Positions 7,280-15,128 of a stretch of 32,000 nt of DNA are shown piece after piece. This DNA comes from Candidatus Saccharimonadota bacterium. Lineage in GTDB: Archaea; Nanobdellota; Nanobdellia; Pacearchaeales; GW2011-AR1. How positions within the stretch are numbered: position 1 is the stretch's first letter; every line of letters begins with the position of its first letter. Under the pieces are notes generated by a model. The model ran no database searches. It worked only from the letters and a program-made list of their open reading frames with translations, and was not told the origin of the DNA. Both the position numbers and the translations under genes were made by a program. The stretch is from the NCBI GenBank assembly GCA_017609205.1, contig JAFCEL010000001.1, forward strand, positions 390,001 through 422,000, given 5' to 3'.

Positions 7280-8380
7280 TCAAAGCCCTAATTGTTTGAT
7301 AAATTTCTTTTTATCAAAGACCTCTATTTTTTCGTATTCCTGTCCTGTACCGAGAAAGAGGATTGGTTTTTTTGTGACATATCCCACAGATAGTGCAGTT
7401 CCTCCTTTTTCATCTGTGTCTGCTTTTGTTAAAATTATTCCGTCAATTCCAATTGCCCAGTCAAAGCTTCTAACCTGCTCAATAATATCATTTCCAGCAA
7501 TTGCCTCGCCGACAAAGATTTTTGTATCTGGCTTGCAAACTTTGGCAATTTTTTCAATTTCTTTTAAAAGATTTTTTGCAGTATGCATCCGTCCTGCAGT
7601 ATCTATAAGTACACAGTCGATAAAATTCTTCTTGGAGTATTGAATTGCGTCAAAACCTACAGAGGCTGGGTCAGAACCATATTTATTTGCAATAACTTTT
7701 ATTCCTAATTTCTCTCCATGTTTTTTTAGTTGTTCTATTGAAGCAGCACGAAATGTATCTGCAGCAGCGAGAGTGCAAGAAATATCCTTCTTTTTCAAAT
7801 ATTTCGCGATTTTTGCAATAGATGTTGTTTTGCCTGTTCCATTAATACCACAGAATAAAATTACATACGGCTCTTTTGATTGGTCCTGTTTTTTGTCTTT
7901 GATTCTTTTGGTGATATCGAATGGTTCTATTAAGATATCCTCTATGATTTCTTTTAAAGAATCTTTTATCTCTTCTTCAATCTCTTTTTTTAATAATTCT
8001 TTTCCAATGATTTTTTCCTTAAGCTGCTTGATGACTTTCTCTGCAACTTCTAATGCGACGTTATTTTCTAAGAGAAGCATCTCTAGTTCTTCTGCATAAA
8101 TCTCAAAATCTTTTTCAGATATTTTAACTTTTGAAATTCTTGAGGTTACTTTTTTAAAAAAAGATTCTGTTCCAGGTTCGGATTTTAACTTTTTTTGAAT
8201 GTTTTTTAATTCTTCAGTATCTGGTTCGAATTTTTGTTTTCCAGGGTCAAATTTTAGGGGCATCTCTATTTCTTGTTTCTTCTTTTTGGATTTGCCCTCT
8301 TTTTTTTCTTCAACTGGAGCTGATTTTTCTGATATCTTCTTTGTCCAGTCTTTTAATTTTTCTTTTAGTTTGTTAAACAT
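7280..8380 (-). CDS. ftsY: Signal recognition particle receptor FtsY
   Basis: K/E-rich N-terminal domain followed by an SRP-GTPase domain: ILFCGINGTGKTTSIAKIA (G1), DTAGR (G3), LTKADTDEKGG (G4). Confidence 0.9.
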   Translation of the reverse strand: MFNKLKEKLKDWTKKISEKSAPVEEKKEGKSKKKKQEIEMPLKFDPGKQKFEPDTEELKNIQKKLKSEPGTESFFKKVTSRISKVKISEKDFEIYAEELEMLLLENNVALEVAEKVIKQLKEKIIGKELLKKEIEEEIKDSLKEIIEDILIEPFDITKRIKDKKQDQSKEPYVILFCGINGTGKTTSIAKIAKYLKKKDISCTLAAADTFRAASIEQLKKHGEKLGIKVIANKYGSDPASVGFDAIQYSKKNFIDCVLIDTAGRMHTAKNLLKEIEKIAKVCKPDTKIFVGEAIAGNDIIEQVRSFDWAIGIDGIILTKADTDEKGGTALSVGYVTKKPILFLGTGQEYEKIEVFDKKKFIKQLGL

Positions 8381-8427
8381 ATTTTGATAAGAAAGAGTAT
8401 GTTTATAATTTTTATTGAATATAAATT

Positions 8428-8436
8428 TTTATAAAG
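8428..8436 (+). promoter_or_regulatory. TATA box for apgM
   Basis: TTTATAAAG is centred ~25 nt upstream of ATG 8457. Confidence 0.4.
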
Positions 8437-8456
8437 AAACTATGATTCTGATTAAT

Positions 8457-9692
8457 ATGAAAGGTATTTTAGTGATTTTAGACGGGATAGGTGATTTGCC
8501 TCATAAGCTGCTTGATGATAAAACTCCTTTAGAAGCAGCAGAGACCCCCAATATGAATTTTTTTGCTTCAAGAGGGGAGTTAGGTTGGATGTATCCTGTT
8601 AGACCTGGTTTTGTTCCTGAATCAGATGAGGCTATTGTTTCTATTTTTGGGAATGATTTGATTTCAAGTACGAGGGGTCAGTTGGAAGCGAGAGGGACGA
8701 ACTTAAATCTTGTTAGAGGTGATTTAGCTTTTAGAGTCAATTTTTCAACTGTTGATGAGAAAGGAAATATTCTTGATAGACGTGCTGGGAGGACTTTAAC
8801 GACTGATGAGGCAGAGAAACTTGCTAGGTCTTTAAACAAGATTGAGCTTCCTGTTAAGTTTGATTTCAGATCCACTATTCAGCATAGGGCAGTTCTTGTT
8901 TTTAGGGGGGGTTTTTCGGACAATCTTCTTCCAAATGATATAACTTATATACAAGGCAAGTCACATAAAATATCTAAAATAAGAGAATGCAAACCATTAG
9001 ACGACGACGAAAATACTCTTTATTCTGCAAATATTGTAAATGAGTTTCTTACTAAGGCCCATAAAGTTCTTGAGAATCACCCAGTTAATATTGAAAGAAG
9101 GAGAAAAGGACTTTTGCCTGCAAATTATATTCTTGTTCGAGGTGCAGGAATTGAACCACCAAAATTAAAGCAATATCGCAAGTGGATTTCTCCGAGCTAT
9201 ATGCCCCTTGAAATAGGTTTTTCAAAACTTTCAGGGATGAATGTTCATAGTTTTGAATATCCTAAATTAAAGAAACTTGATGCTTATGAAAATTTATGGG
9301 ATGGTTTGAAAAAGGCATGCAAGTTTAATATAAAAATCATAAAAAAGAATTATAAAAAATTTGATTATGCTTATGTTCATATCAAAGAAACAGATTTACC
9401 TGGACATGATAATAAACCTATTGAGAAGAAGTTAATGATAGAATATATTGATAAAACTTTGTTTAAGTTTCTGAAGGGTTTTGCTCCTCAAAAAAATATT
9501 AGAATTATTGTGACAGGAGATCATTCAACTCCTTGCAAGTTAAAAGACCATTCTGCAGATCCTCTTCCTGTTTTGTTTTATAATAATTCTATTCCGAAAG
9601 AGAAGAAATTTTGTGAAAGAGAGGCACGAAAAGGAACTCTGGGTAAAATATTAGGGAAAGAACTCCTGAAGATTGCAGGATTTGTTAGATGA
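8457..9692 (+). CDS. apgM: 2,3-bisphosphoglycerate-independent phosphoglycerate mutase, archaeal type
   Basis: MKGILVILDGIGD... N-terminus, ETDLPGHD and TGDHSTP metal-site motifs, ~410 aa. The TTG start at 8415 in the ORF track is replaced by ATG 8457, which has a TATA box at the expected distance. Confidence 0.85.
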   Translation: MKGILVILDGIGDLPHKLLDDKTPLEAAETPNMNFFASRGELGWMYPVRPGFVPESDEAIVSIFGNDLISSTRGQLEARGTNLNLVRGDLAFRVNFSTVDEKGNILDRRAGRTLTTDEAEKLARSLNKIELPVKFDFRSTIQHRAVLVFRGGFSDNLLPNDITYIQGKSHKISKIRECKPLDDDENTLYSANIVNEFLTKAHKVLENHPVNIERRRKGLLPANYILVRGAGIEPPKLKQYRKWISPSYMPLEIGFSKLSGMNVHSFEYPKLKKLDAYENLWDGLKKACKFNIKIIKKNYKKFDYAYVHIKETDLPGHDNKPIEKKLMIEYIDKTLFKFLKGFAPQKNIRIIVTGDHSTPCKLKDHSADPLPVLFYNNSIPKEKKFCEREARKGTLGKILGKELLKIAGFVR

Positions 9693-9738
9693 TTTTTATT
9701 ATAGCAATCATTAAAAATCTCGAAATTTTCTTAATTGC

Positions 9739-10293
9739 ATGATAACTTATAATGAGATCTATGAAGCTGCTAGAAAAGAGAGATATTCTAAGCAATTACA
9801 AAAGCTTCCTAAAAAATTTGTTTATGAAGTTGCTAAATATATTAGGGATAAAAGGGATGTTGCTTCAAAAGAAGATGATGTTTTTTCTGATGTAATAATT
9901 AAGACAAAAAAGCAATTGGAAAATGCAATAACATTATTCAAAGAATTAATGCTTCGGAGAAGAAAAAAAATTCTCGGTCTTGTTCTCGTTGCTGCTGAAA
10001 CAGGAATTTCAAAGCAGGATTTTGAAAATATGTTTGATTTTGAAAAGGATTTATTTGAAAAGATAATGAAATGTATTGATGAGTCAGACAGAAGTCTGAA
10101 TAAGATATTTAATGGGGAAGAGAGTAAAAAAGAAGAAAATAAAATGATTGTTTTTTTAGATAGTGTTGAAGAATTTGTGAATCGTGATGGGGAGAAAATG
10201 GGTCCTTATGAGAAAGGACAGATTGCAAATCTTCCAAAAGAAATTGTAAAGATCCTTGTTGAAGACAAAAAAGCTGAAATTATTGGAGAGTAG
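9739..10293 (+). CDS. GINS-family DNA replication protein (Gins51/Gins15-like)
   Basis: N-terminal ITYNEIYEAARKERYSKQLQKLPKKFVYEV and C-terminal FLDSVEEFVNRDGEKMGPYEKGQIANLPKEIVKILVEDKKAEII match the remembered archaeal GINS pattern (LP.dFy...; DG..yGP...G.ia.LP...a..L...g.Ae.I). Confidence 0.55.
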   Translation: MITYNEIYEAARKERYSKQLQKLPKKFVYEVAKYIRDKRDVASKEDDVFSDVIIKTKKQLENAITLFKELMLRRRKKILGLVLVAAETGISKQDFENMFDFEKDLFEKIMKCIDESDRSLNKIFNGEESKKEENKMIVFLDSVEEFVNRDGEKMGPYEKGQIANLPKEIVKILVEDKKAEIIGE

Positions 10294-10303
10294 TTTGTTT
10301 AGA

Positions 10304-10555
10304 ATGGTTTGGCAGGATACAATAATTAGTATTTGTATTGTTTTATTTAGCTATGCATTAATTCCTCAGGTTTATCAAGGATTTAAAGAAAAGAAAGGAT
10401 TTGTAAATACGCAGACCTCATTTATAACTTTTATAGGAATGTATGTTTTATCTTTTGTTTATTTTACATTAGGTCTTTATTTTTCTTTTATTATGGGGGT
10501 TATTACAGGAACTTTGTGGTTTCTTTTATTTGTTCAGAAGATGGTTTATGGATAA
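10304..10555 (+). CDS. Three-helix PQ-loop (SemiSWEET-like) membrane protein
   Basis: 83 aa from ATG 10304 (the track's TTG at 10256 overlaps the GINS gene). Helix 1 ends in the PQ motif (YALIPQVYQGFKEKKG) and two more hydrophobic helices follow. Size and topology are typical of SemiSWEET. Confidence 0.5.
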   Translation: MVWQDTIISICIVLFSYALIPQVYQGFKEKKGFVNTQTSFITFIGMYVLSFVYFTLGLYFSFIMGVITGTLWFLLFVQKMVYG

Positions 10556-10557
10556 TT

Positions 10558-10611
10558 ATGAATATCTATTCAAAAACGAAACATTTAAATAGTATAATGA
10601 ATATCTATTCA
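10558..10611 (+). promoter_or_regulatory. Promoter with a TATA box flanked by two identical 15-nt direct repeats (putative operator)
   Basis: ATGAATATCTATTCA occurs at 10558-10572 and again at 10597-10611. Between the copies lies AAAACGAAACATTTAAATAG, i.e. a BRE-like AACGAAA plus TATA ATTTAAATA at 10583-10591. Confidence 0.45.
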
Positions 10612-10651
10612 TAATTAAATTTAGGCACCTTTGGTGTCAGGAGTTGATAAA

Positions 10652-10897
10652 ATGCCTGGAATGGATGGAACTGGACCATTAGGATTAGGACCTCTTACTG
10701 GAAGAGGACTAGGACCTTGTGGTAGAGGAAGAGCTCTTGGCAGACGTGGTTTTGGTAGGAGATTTGGTTGGGGTGCTATGATGGCTCAACCAGTTGAATT
10801 GACAAAGGACCAAGAAAGAAAAGTCTTGCAGGAAGAGCTCAAGGAAATAGAGAGAGAAAAGAAGGAGTTAGAAGCTGCCTTGAAAAAAATCAAATAG
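10652..10897 (+). CDS. DUF5320-family protein (Gly/Arg-rich N-terminus, coiled-coil C-terminus)
   Basis: MPGMDGTGPLGLGPLTGRGLGPCGRG... is the characteristic DUF5320 start. The C-terminus (ELKEIEREKKELEAALKKIK) is a coiled coil. The start is taken at ATG 10652, not the TTG at 10631. Confidence 0.7.
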   Translation: MPGMDGTGPLGLGPLTGRGLGPCGRGRALGRRGFGRRFGWGAMMAQPVELTKDQERKVLQEELKEIEREKKELEAALKKIK

Positions 10898-10927
10898 TTT
10901 TTAACCCCTTCTTTTCTTTATTTTAAA

Positions 10928-11404
10928 ATGCCTCGTCCTCGTATATGCAGAAGAATTAGGAGAAGTCCTGGTGTGACTTATTTTAAGCCAGTTGGGACGA
11001 GAATGGTCGAACTTGGTGAAGTAATTTTGACTTTTGATGAATATGAGGCAATTAGGTTGGTTGATCTTGAAGGAGTGGAACAGACAAAAGCTGGAAAGCA
11101 AATGAAAATTAGTCAGCCAACTTTTTCAAGAGTATTAAAATCAGCAAGAAAAAAAATTTCAGAGGCGATTATAAAAGGGAAAGCTATAAAGATAAAAGGA
11201 GGTGATTTTGAAATGGTTCAGCCAAGAGGTGTGGGTTTGGGGCGAGGTATGAGGAGAGGACAGAAGAGAGGTATTACAGCAGGTCCTGGTGGAGACTGTA
11301 TTTGCCCTAAATGCAAATATAAAATTTCCCATAATGTTGGAGTTCCTTGTTCTCAAGAGACTTGTCCTAGATGTGGAGCAAAAATGACGAGGTTACAAAA
11401 GTAG
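10928..11404 (+). CDS. DUF134 (UPF0251) putative DNA-binding protein with a C-terminal Gly/Arg-rich linker and Cys4 zinc ribbon
   Basis: MPRPRICRRI...YFKP...LTFDEYEAIRLVDLEGVEQTKAGKQMKISQPTFSRVLKSARKKISEAIIKGKAIKI is the DUF134 signature with an HTH. The tail has CICPKC...CPRCG. Confidence 0.75.
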   Translation: MPRPRICRRIRRSPGVTYFKPVGTRMVELGEVILTFDEYEAIRLVDLEGVEQTKAGKQMKISQPTFSRVLKSARKKISEAIIKGKAIKIKGGDFEMVQPRGVGLGRGMRRGQKRGITAGPGGDCICPKCKYKISHNVGVPCSQETCPRCGAKMTRLQK

Positions 11405-11462
11405 ACTATTAGAGATGTGAAGTAATCAGTTAAATTTATTAAGATTCTTATTCAATCTCTTT

Positions 11463-11663
11463 ATGAGTATAAGCCGAACAATAACAGGTGTTGTTTTAAT
11501 TTTGATAGGGTTGGGTTTTGTTATTAGTTCCTCTCTTTTTAGCATTTTTTTGTTGATTTATGGGATTCCTATTCTTATTATTGGTTTTTTTATTTTATTT
11601 AATAATGATGAGGATAAAATTGAAGAACGTAAAGATTTAAATAAAATAAACACAAAGAAATAA
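11463..11663 (+). CDS. Small hypothetical membrane protein
   Basis: 66-aa ORF with two hydrophobic helices. Its stop lies 1 nt before the ybjQ-like start. Confidence 0.4.
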   Translation: MSISRTITGVVLILIGLGFVISSSLFSIFLLIYGIPILIIGFFILFNNDEDKIEERKDLNKINTKK

Positions 11664-11664
11664 A

Positions 11665-11991
11665 ATGGGAAAAGAGATTATTGTTACTACAGGGAATGAA
11701 ATCCCTGGAAAAAAAGTCGTGCGGGTTTTAGGAGTTGTTAGAGGAAGCACTGTAAGAGCAAGAAATATTGGAAGAGATTTTGGAGCAGGATTGAAAAATC
11801 TTATTGGTGGAGAGATAAAAACCTATACTCAAATGACTGCACAAGCAAGAGATGAAGCATTCAATAGGATGGTAAATGCAGCAGTCGATAAAGGTGCTGA
11901 CGCAATTATTGGTGTTAGATTTATGACTTCAATGGTAATGCAAGGGGCTAGCGAGATGCTGGCTTATGGAACTGCTGTAAAGTTGAAATGA
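11665..11991 (+). CDS. YbjQ/UPF0145 family protein
   Basis: IVTTGNEIPGKKVVRVLGVVRGSTVRARNIGRDFGAGLKNLIGGEI...ARDEAFNRMVNAAVDKGADAIIGVRF...AYGTAVKL is the typical YbjQ (DUF74) pattern. Confidence 0.8.
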   Translation: MGKEIIVTTGNEIPGKKVVRVLGVVRGSTVRARNIGRDFGAGLKNLIGGEIKTYTQMTAQARDEAFNRMVNAAVDKGADAIIGVRFMTSMVMQGASEMLAYGTAVKLK

Positions 11992-12035
11992 TTCTAGACT
12001 TATAAATTGATAAAATATTCTGTTTATTTTAAAAA

Positions 12036-12119
12036 GCCTGCAGAGAGATTCGAACTCCCGACCTACTGCTTTCCCGAAGGATATACAAGGCAGCCGCTCT
12101 ACCACTGAGCTATGCAGGC
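12036..12119 (-). tRNA. tRNA-Thr (anticodon TGT) with a 13-nt intron after position 37
   Basis: The minus strand reads GCCTGCA TA GCTC AGTGGTA GAGC G GCTGC CTTGTA[TATCCTTCGGGAA]A GCAGT AGGTC GGGAG TTCGAAT CTCTC TGCAGGC. All stems pair. 71 nt plus a 13-nt intron; no CCA encoded. Confidence 0.85.
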
Positions 12120-12152
12120 CTAAAGAAATTAGAATAAATTAGTTTAAAAGAT

Positions 12153-12692
12153 TTATTCCTTAAATTTTTCAACTTTTAAAACCCTGATTTCACAAAGTGA
12201 GAGAGGGTAAATCTTTTTAAGAATTAGACTTAATTGTTTTTGGAGTTTGTTTTTTAGTATGTCATTAAAGATTTCTTCTGAATCTTTATCTTTCGTATAT
12301 GAGATTATTTCTTCTTTTGCTTTATTTCTTAATGCCTTTCGAACTGCACGAGACACTTTTCTTCTTGTGATAAGGAATGGTTTGATTTTTATTTTTGCAT
12401 TCTTGCATTCGGTAGAAAAAGAATCTTCAACATAGTTTGTACCTTTTCTTACCATACGCTTTAGGTAGCAGGACATTAATTTTATTTCTGTGGGAATTGT
12501 TTTAATCTCACTTTCTTTGACTTTTACTAATAACTGAAGCATTATGCTTTTTCCTCTGAGAATCCTTGTCAAATCGTATTTTATTATTCTTTTATCTAAA
12601 TCTCCTATTTCATATGCATAGAGTTGTGTTGTTTTTCCAATTAAGGGGATTTCAACATCGAAAAATTTTCTTTTCTTTTTTGCTATTGCCAT
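12153..12692 (-). CDS. rps3ae: 30S ribosomal protein S3Ae (eS1)
   Basis: The N-terminus (KKKRKFFDVEIPLIGKTTQLYAY...DLDKRIIKYDLTRILRGK) and ~180-aa length fit archaeal S3Ae. Its start lies 2 nt downstream of the L44e stop, so the two genes form an operon. Confidence 0.8.
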   Translation of the reverse strand: MAIAKKKRKFFDVEIPLIGKTTQLYAYEIGDLDKRIIKYDLTRILRGKSIMLQLLVKVKESEIKTIPTEIKLMSCYLKRMVRKGTNYVEDSFSTECKNAKIKIKPFLITRRKVSRAVRKALRNKAKEEIISYTKDKDSEEIFNDILKNKLQKQLSLILKKIYPLSLCEIRVLKVEKFKE

Positions 12693-12694
12693 TC

Positions 12695-13006
12695 TTATTC
12701 TTGTATTAATTTACCTGTTCGTTTACCTTTTTTTTGATAGTGTGATTTTTTACATATCTGACATGTGTAAAGGATATTTGTTTTTTTATTTGTTTTTGTT
12801 TTTCTTTTATGTTTTGTTTGTGCTGGTTTAGAACCCCATTTTCCAAGATTGCCAATTCCTCTTCCCAAGCCCCTTAATTTAGCTCTGAACTTTGAACCCC
12901 TTGTTAAAGTTCCTCTTTTGAACCCAGTTCCTATTATCTTTATCTTGTGTTCTGTTTTTTTCTTGCAATAGGGACAATATCTGTTTGTTTTTTTTGGGAT
13001 TTTCAT
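12695..13006 (-). CDS. rpl44e: 50S ribosomal protein L44e (eL42)
   Basis: MKIPKKTNRYCPYCKKKTEHKIK...YTCQICKKSH: Cys4 zinc ribbon, highly basic, ~100 aa. On the minus strand a TATA-like CTTTAAAAA lies ~25 nt upstream. Confidence 0.85.
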   Translation of the reverse strand: MKIPKKTNRYCPYCKKKTEHKIKIIGTGFKRGTLTRGSKFRAKLRGLGRGIGNLGKWGSKPAQTKHKRKTKTNKKTNILYTCQICKKSHYQKKGKRTGKLIQE

Positions 13007-13136
13007 AAATAGAGATAAAAAAACGGGTTTTTAAAGTTAATTAATCATCATGCTAAGAATCTTATCTTACAAATTTTTTTATAGGGTTTATCCTTTGGGA
13101 ATTTGTTTCACAGGATTTGTTCAATTTGAAATTAAT

Positions 13137-13207
13137 GGTCCTGCCCAGAATCGAACTGGGGTCTCTTCCACGTCAAGGAAACGTCTTAGCCACTGGACTA
13201 CAGGACC
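13137..13207 (-). tRNA. tRNA-Val (anticodon GAC)
   Basis: The minus strand reads GGTCCTG TA GTCC AGTGGCTA AGAC G TTTCC TTGACGT GGAAG AGAC CCCAG TTCGATT CTGGG CAGGACC. 71 nt, with a canonical T-loop. Confidence 0.85.
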
Positions 13208-13268
13208 TTCTTTTAATAATAATTTTTTATTTAATAAACTTTATATACAATATTTTATTATTCTTTCT

Positions 13269-15128
13269 ATGTTTAGTAAAAGAGGAAGTAAGAAAGGACA
13301 AATCACAATTTTTCTTATTCTTGCGATTCTTCTAATTGCAGGAATTGGAGGGTATTTTTTATTAAAGAATAGATTATCTTCTTCTGAAATCCCTGCGAAT
13401 TTAGAGCCTGTTTATACTACTTTTTTGCAATGTTTTGAGAATGATGTTCTGACGGGAATAGACGTTTTAGAAAGTCAAGGAGGGTATATTGAGTTACCTG
13501 ATTTTGAAGTCGGTTCTGCCTATATGCCCTTTGGTTCTCAACTTTATTTTTTTGGGAATCCGATTCCTTATTGGTATTATGTTTCTGGAAATAATATTCA
13601 GAAGGAGCAGGTTCCTTCTTCTTCTGAGATGGAAAGGCAATTAGGAAATTTTATCGCAGGAGAAATCATGGATTGTGTTTTTGACTCTTATTATGAGCAG
13701 GGTTTTGAAATTAGCTATGATAAGCCAAATGTTGATGTTAATATTGAAAAAAATTCTGTTAGAGTTAATCTTAAAATGAATCTTAATATTACTAAGGGAG
13801 ATGATACTGTTCTTGTGAGAGACCATGAGATCGAAGTTAATTCTAAGCTTGGTTCTCTTTATGAATCAGCTAGAAAAATCTATGATTATGAGCAAAATAA
13901 TCTTTTCTTAGAAGAATATGCTATTGACAATCTGAGACTTTATGCTCCTGTGGATGGTGTTGAATTAACTTGCTCTCCTCTCATATGGAAGGCAGATAAT
14001 ATTTTTGAAGATCTAAAAAATGCAATAGAGCAAAATACTTTGTCCTTGAAACTTAAAGGTGGTGATTATTCTCTTTTAAGTAAAGAAGATAAATATTTTG
14101 TTATTGATTTAGATGTTGGTTCAAATGCAAGGTTTTTGACTTCAAAGAATTGGCCAAGCAGTTTTGAAGTGACGCCTGCTGAGGGAAGCATTCTTCTTTC
14201 TAATCCTATTGGAAATCAAAAAGGATTAGGAATACTGGGTTTTTGTTATGTTCCTTATCATTTTGTTTATAGTATAAAATACCCTGTTTTGGTTCAGGTT
14301 TATGAAGGAGAGGAAGTCTTTCAATTTCCAGTTGCAGTTGTTATTGAGGGTAATAACCCAAGACAGGCGCTCAAATCCAATGCTGTTGAGGTTGAGTCTC
14401 CTGGTATCTGTGAGCATAAAAATACAGAGGTTGAGGTGAGGGTTTATGATTTAAAATATAATCCTCTTGATGCAGAAATATCTTTTGAGTGTTTTGGAGA
14501 GAGGTGTTCTATAGGGAAAGCAAAGGAGGGTGTTCTTGTCTCTGAATTCCCCCAGTGTGTGAATGGATATATTATTGCTGAAGCAGACGGCTTTGCGAAA
14601 TCAAAATCTCTTTTTTCAACAGTGTCGAGTAATATTTCAGAGATATTCTTGGATAAACTTTATGATGTTGATATTGACCTTAAATTAGATGGAGCAGATT
14701 ATAAAAAAGGTGCTGTTATTGTTTTTGTTTCTGATGATTTTTCAAAGACCATTGTTTATCCTGATACTTCTAGTGTTGAATTAAAGCAGGGGCAATATGA
14801 AGTTCAAGTTTATGTTTATAGGAATTCTTCTATCAACTTAGAGGGATCGTCGATGAAGCAGTGCCTTGAGGTTCCTCGTGAAGGACTCGGGGGTTGGTTT
14901 GGTTTGACTGATGAAAAATGTTTTGATGTTGAAATTCCTCCTCAGATTATTTCGAATGCTCTTGCAGGAGGAGGCAGACAAAATCATTATATTTTGGAAA
15001 GTGACTTAGAAAACGCAGAGGTTATTGAGATAAATGCTCAGAGTTTGCCGACTCCGAAGTCTCTTGAGCAGTTACAGGAAAATTATATTTTGTTTGAAAA
15101 TAAAGGGCTGGATATATATTTCAGATGA
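13269..15128 (+). CDS. Large secreted or surface protein with an N-terminal class III (type IV pilin-like) signal or anchor; function unknown
   Basis: The start is moved to ATG 13269 because the track ORF (13050) reads through tRNA-Val. The N-terminus is MFSKRGSKKGQITIFLILAILLIAGIGGYFLL, i.e. a basic stretch, G/Q, then a hydrophobic helix. 619 aa, several Cys, no recognised domain. The stop overlaps the next gene's start (ATGA at 15125-15128). Confidence 0.7.
   Translation: MFSKRGSKKGQITIFLILAILLIAGIGGYFLLKNRLSSSEIPANLEPVYTTFLQCFENDVLTGIDVLESQGGYIELPDFEVGSAYMPFGSQLYFFGNPIPYWYYVSGNNIQKEQVPSSSEMERQLGNFIAGEIMDCVFDSYYEQGFEISYDKPNVDVNIEKNSVRVNLKMNLNITKGDDTVLVRDHEIEVNSKLGSLYESARKIYDYEQNNLFLEEYAIDNLRLYAPVDGVELTCSPLIWKADNIFEDLKNAIEQNTLSLKLKGGDYSLLSKEDKYFVIDLDVGSNARFLTSKNWPSSFEVTPAEGSILLSNPIGNQKGLGILGFCYVPYHFVYSIKYPVLVQVYEGEEVFQFPVAVVIEGNNPRQALKSNAVEVESPGICEHKNTEVEVRVYDLKYNPLDAEISFECFGERCSIGKAKEGVLVSEFPQCVNGYIIAEADGFAKSKSLFSTVSSNISEIFLDKLYDVDIDLKLDGADYKKGAVIVFVSDDFSKTIVYPDTSSVELKQGQYEVQVYVYRNSSINLEGSSMKQCLEVPREGLGGWFGLTDEKCFDVEIPPQIISNALAGGGRQNHYILESDLENAEVIEINAQSLPTPKSLEQLQENYILFENKGLDIYFR

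Noticed and set aside
7400-8380. The K/E-rich N-terminal region of FtsY, and similar K/E-rich tracts elsewhere, as DNA-level tandem repeats
   Set aside because: This is compositional bias of AT-rich coding sequence. No exact nucleotide periodicity was visible.
7296-8387. Plus-strand ORFs antisense to ftsY (7296..7643, 7773..8099, 8199..8387)
   Set aside because: They lie antisense to a confidently identified gene. The Phe/Ser-rich translations are typical of the complement of K/E-rich coding sequence.
10901-11356. Minus-strand ORFs 10901..11101 and 11159..11356
   Set aside because: They lie antisense to the DUF134 gene, whose family signature is clear. No independent support.
12119-12120. 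An extra G immediately 5' of tRNA-Thr (and of tRNA-Cys at 23477) as a possible G-1, which would suggest tRNA-His
   Set aside because: The anticodons are TGT and GCA, and the acceptor stems pair fully without the extra base. It is just a flanking nucleotide.
13050-13268. N-terminal 73 codons of the track ORF 13050..15128, and the overlapping ORF 13117..13335
   Set aside because: This stretch reads straight through a well-formed minus-strand tRNA-Val (13137-13207). The real protein start is the ATG at 13269, directly before a signal or anchor sequence.
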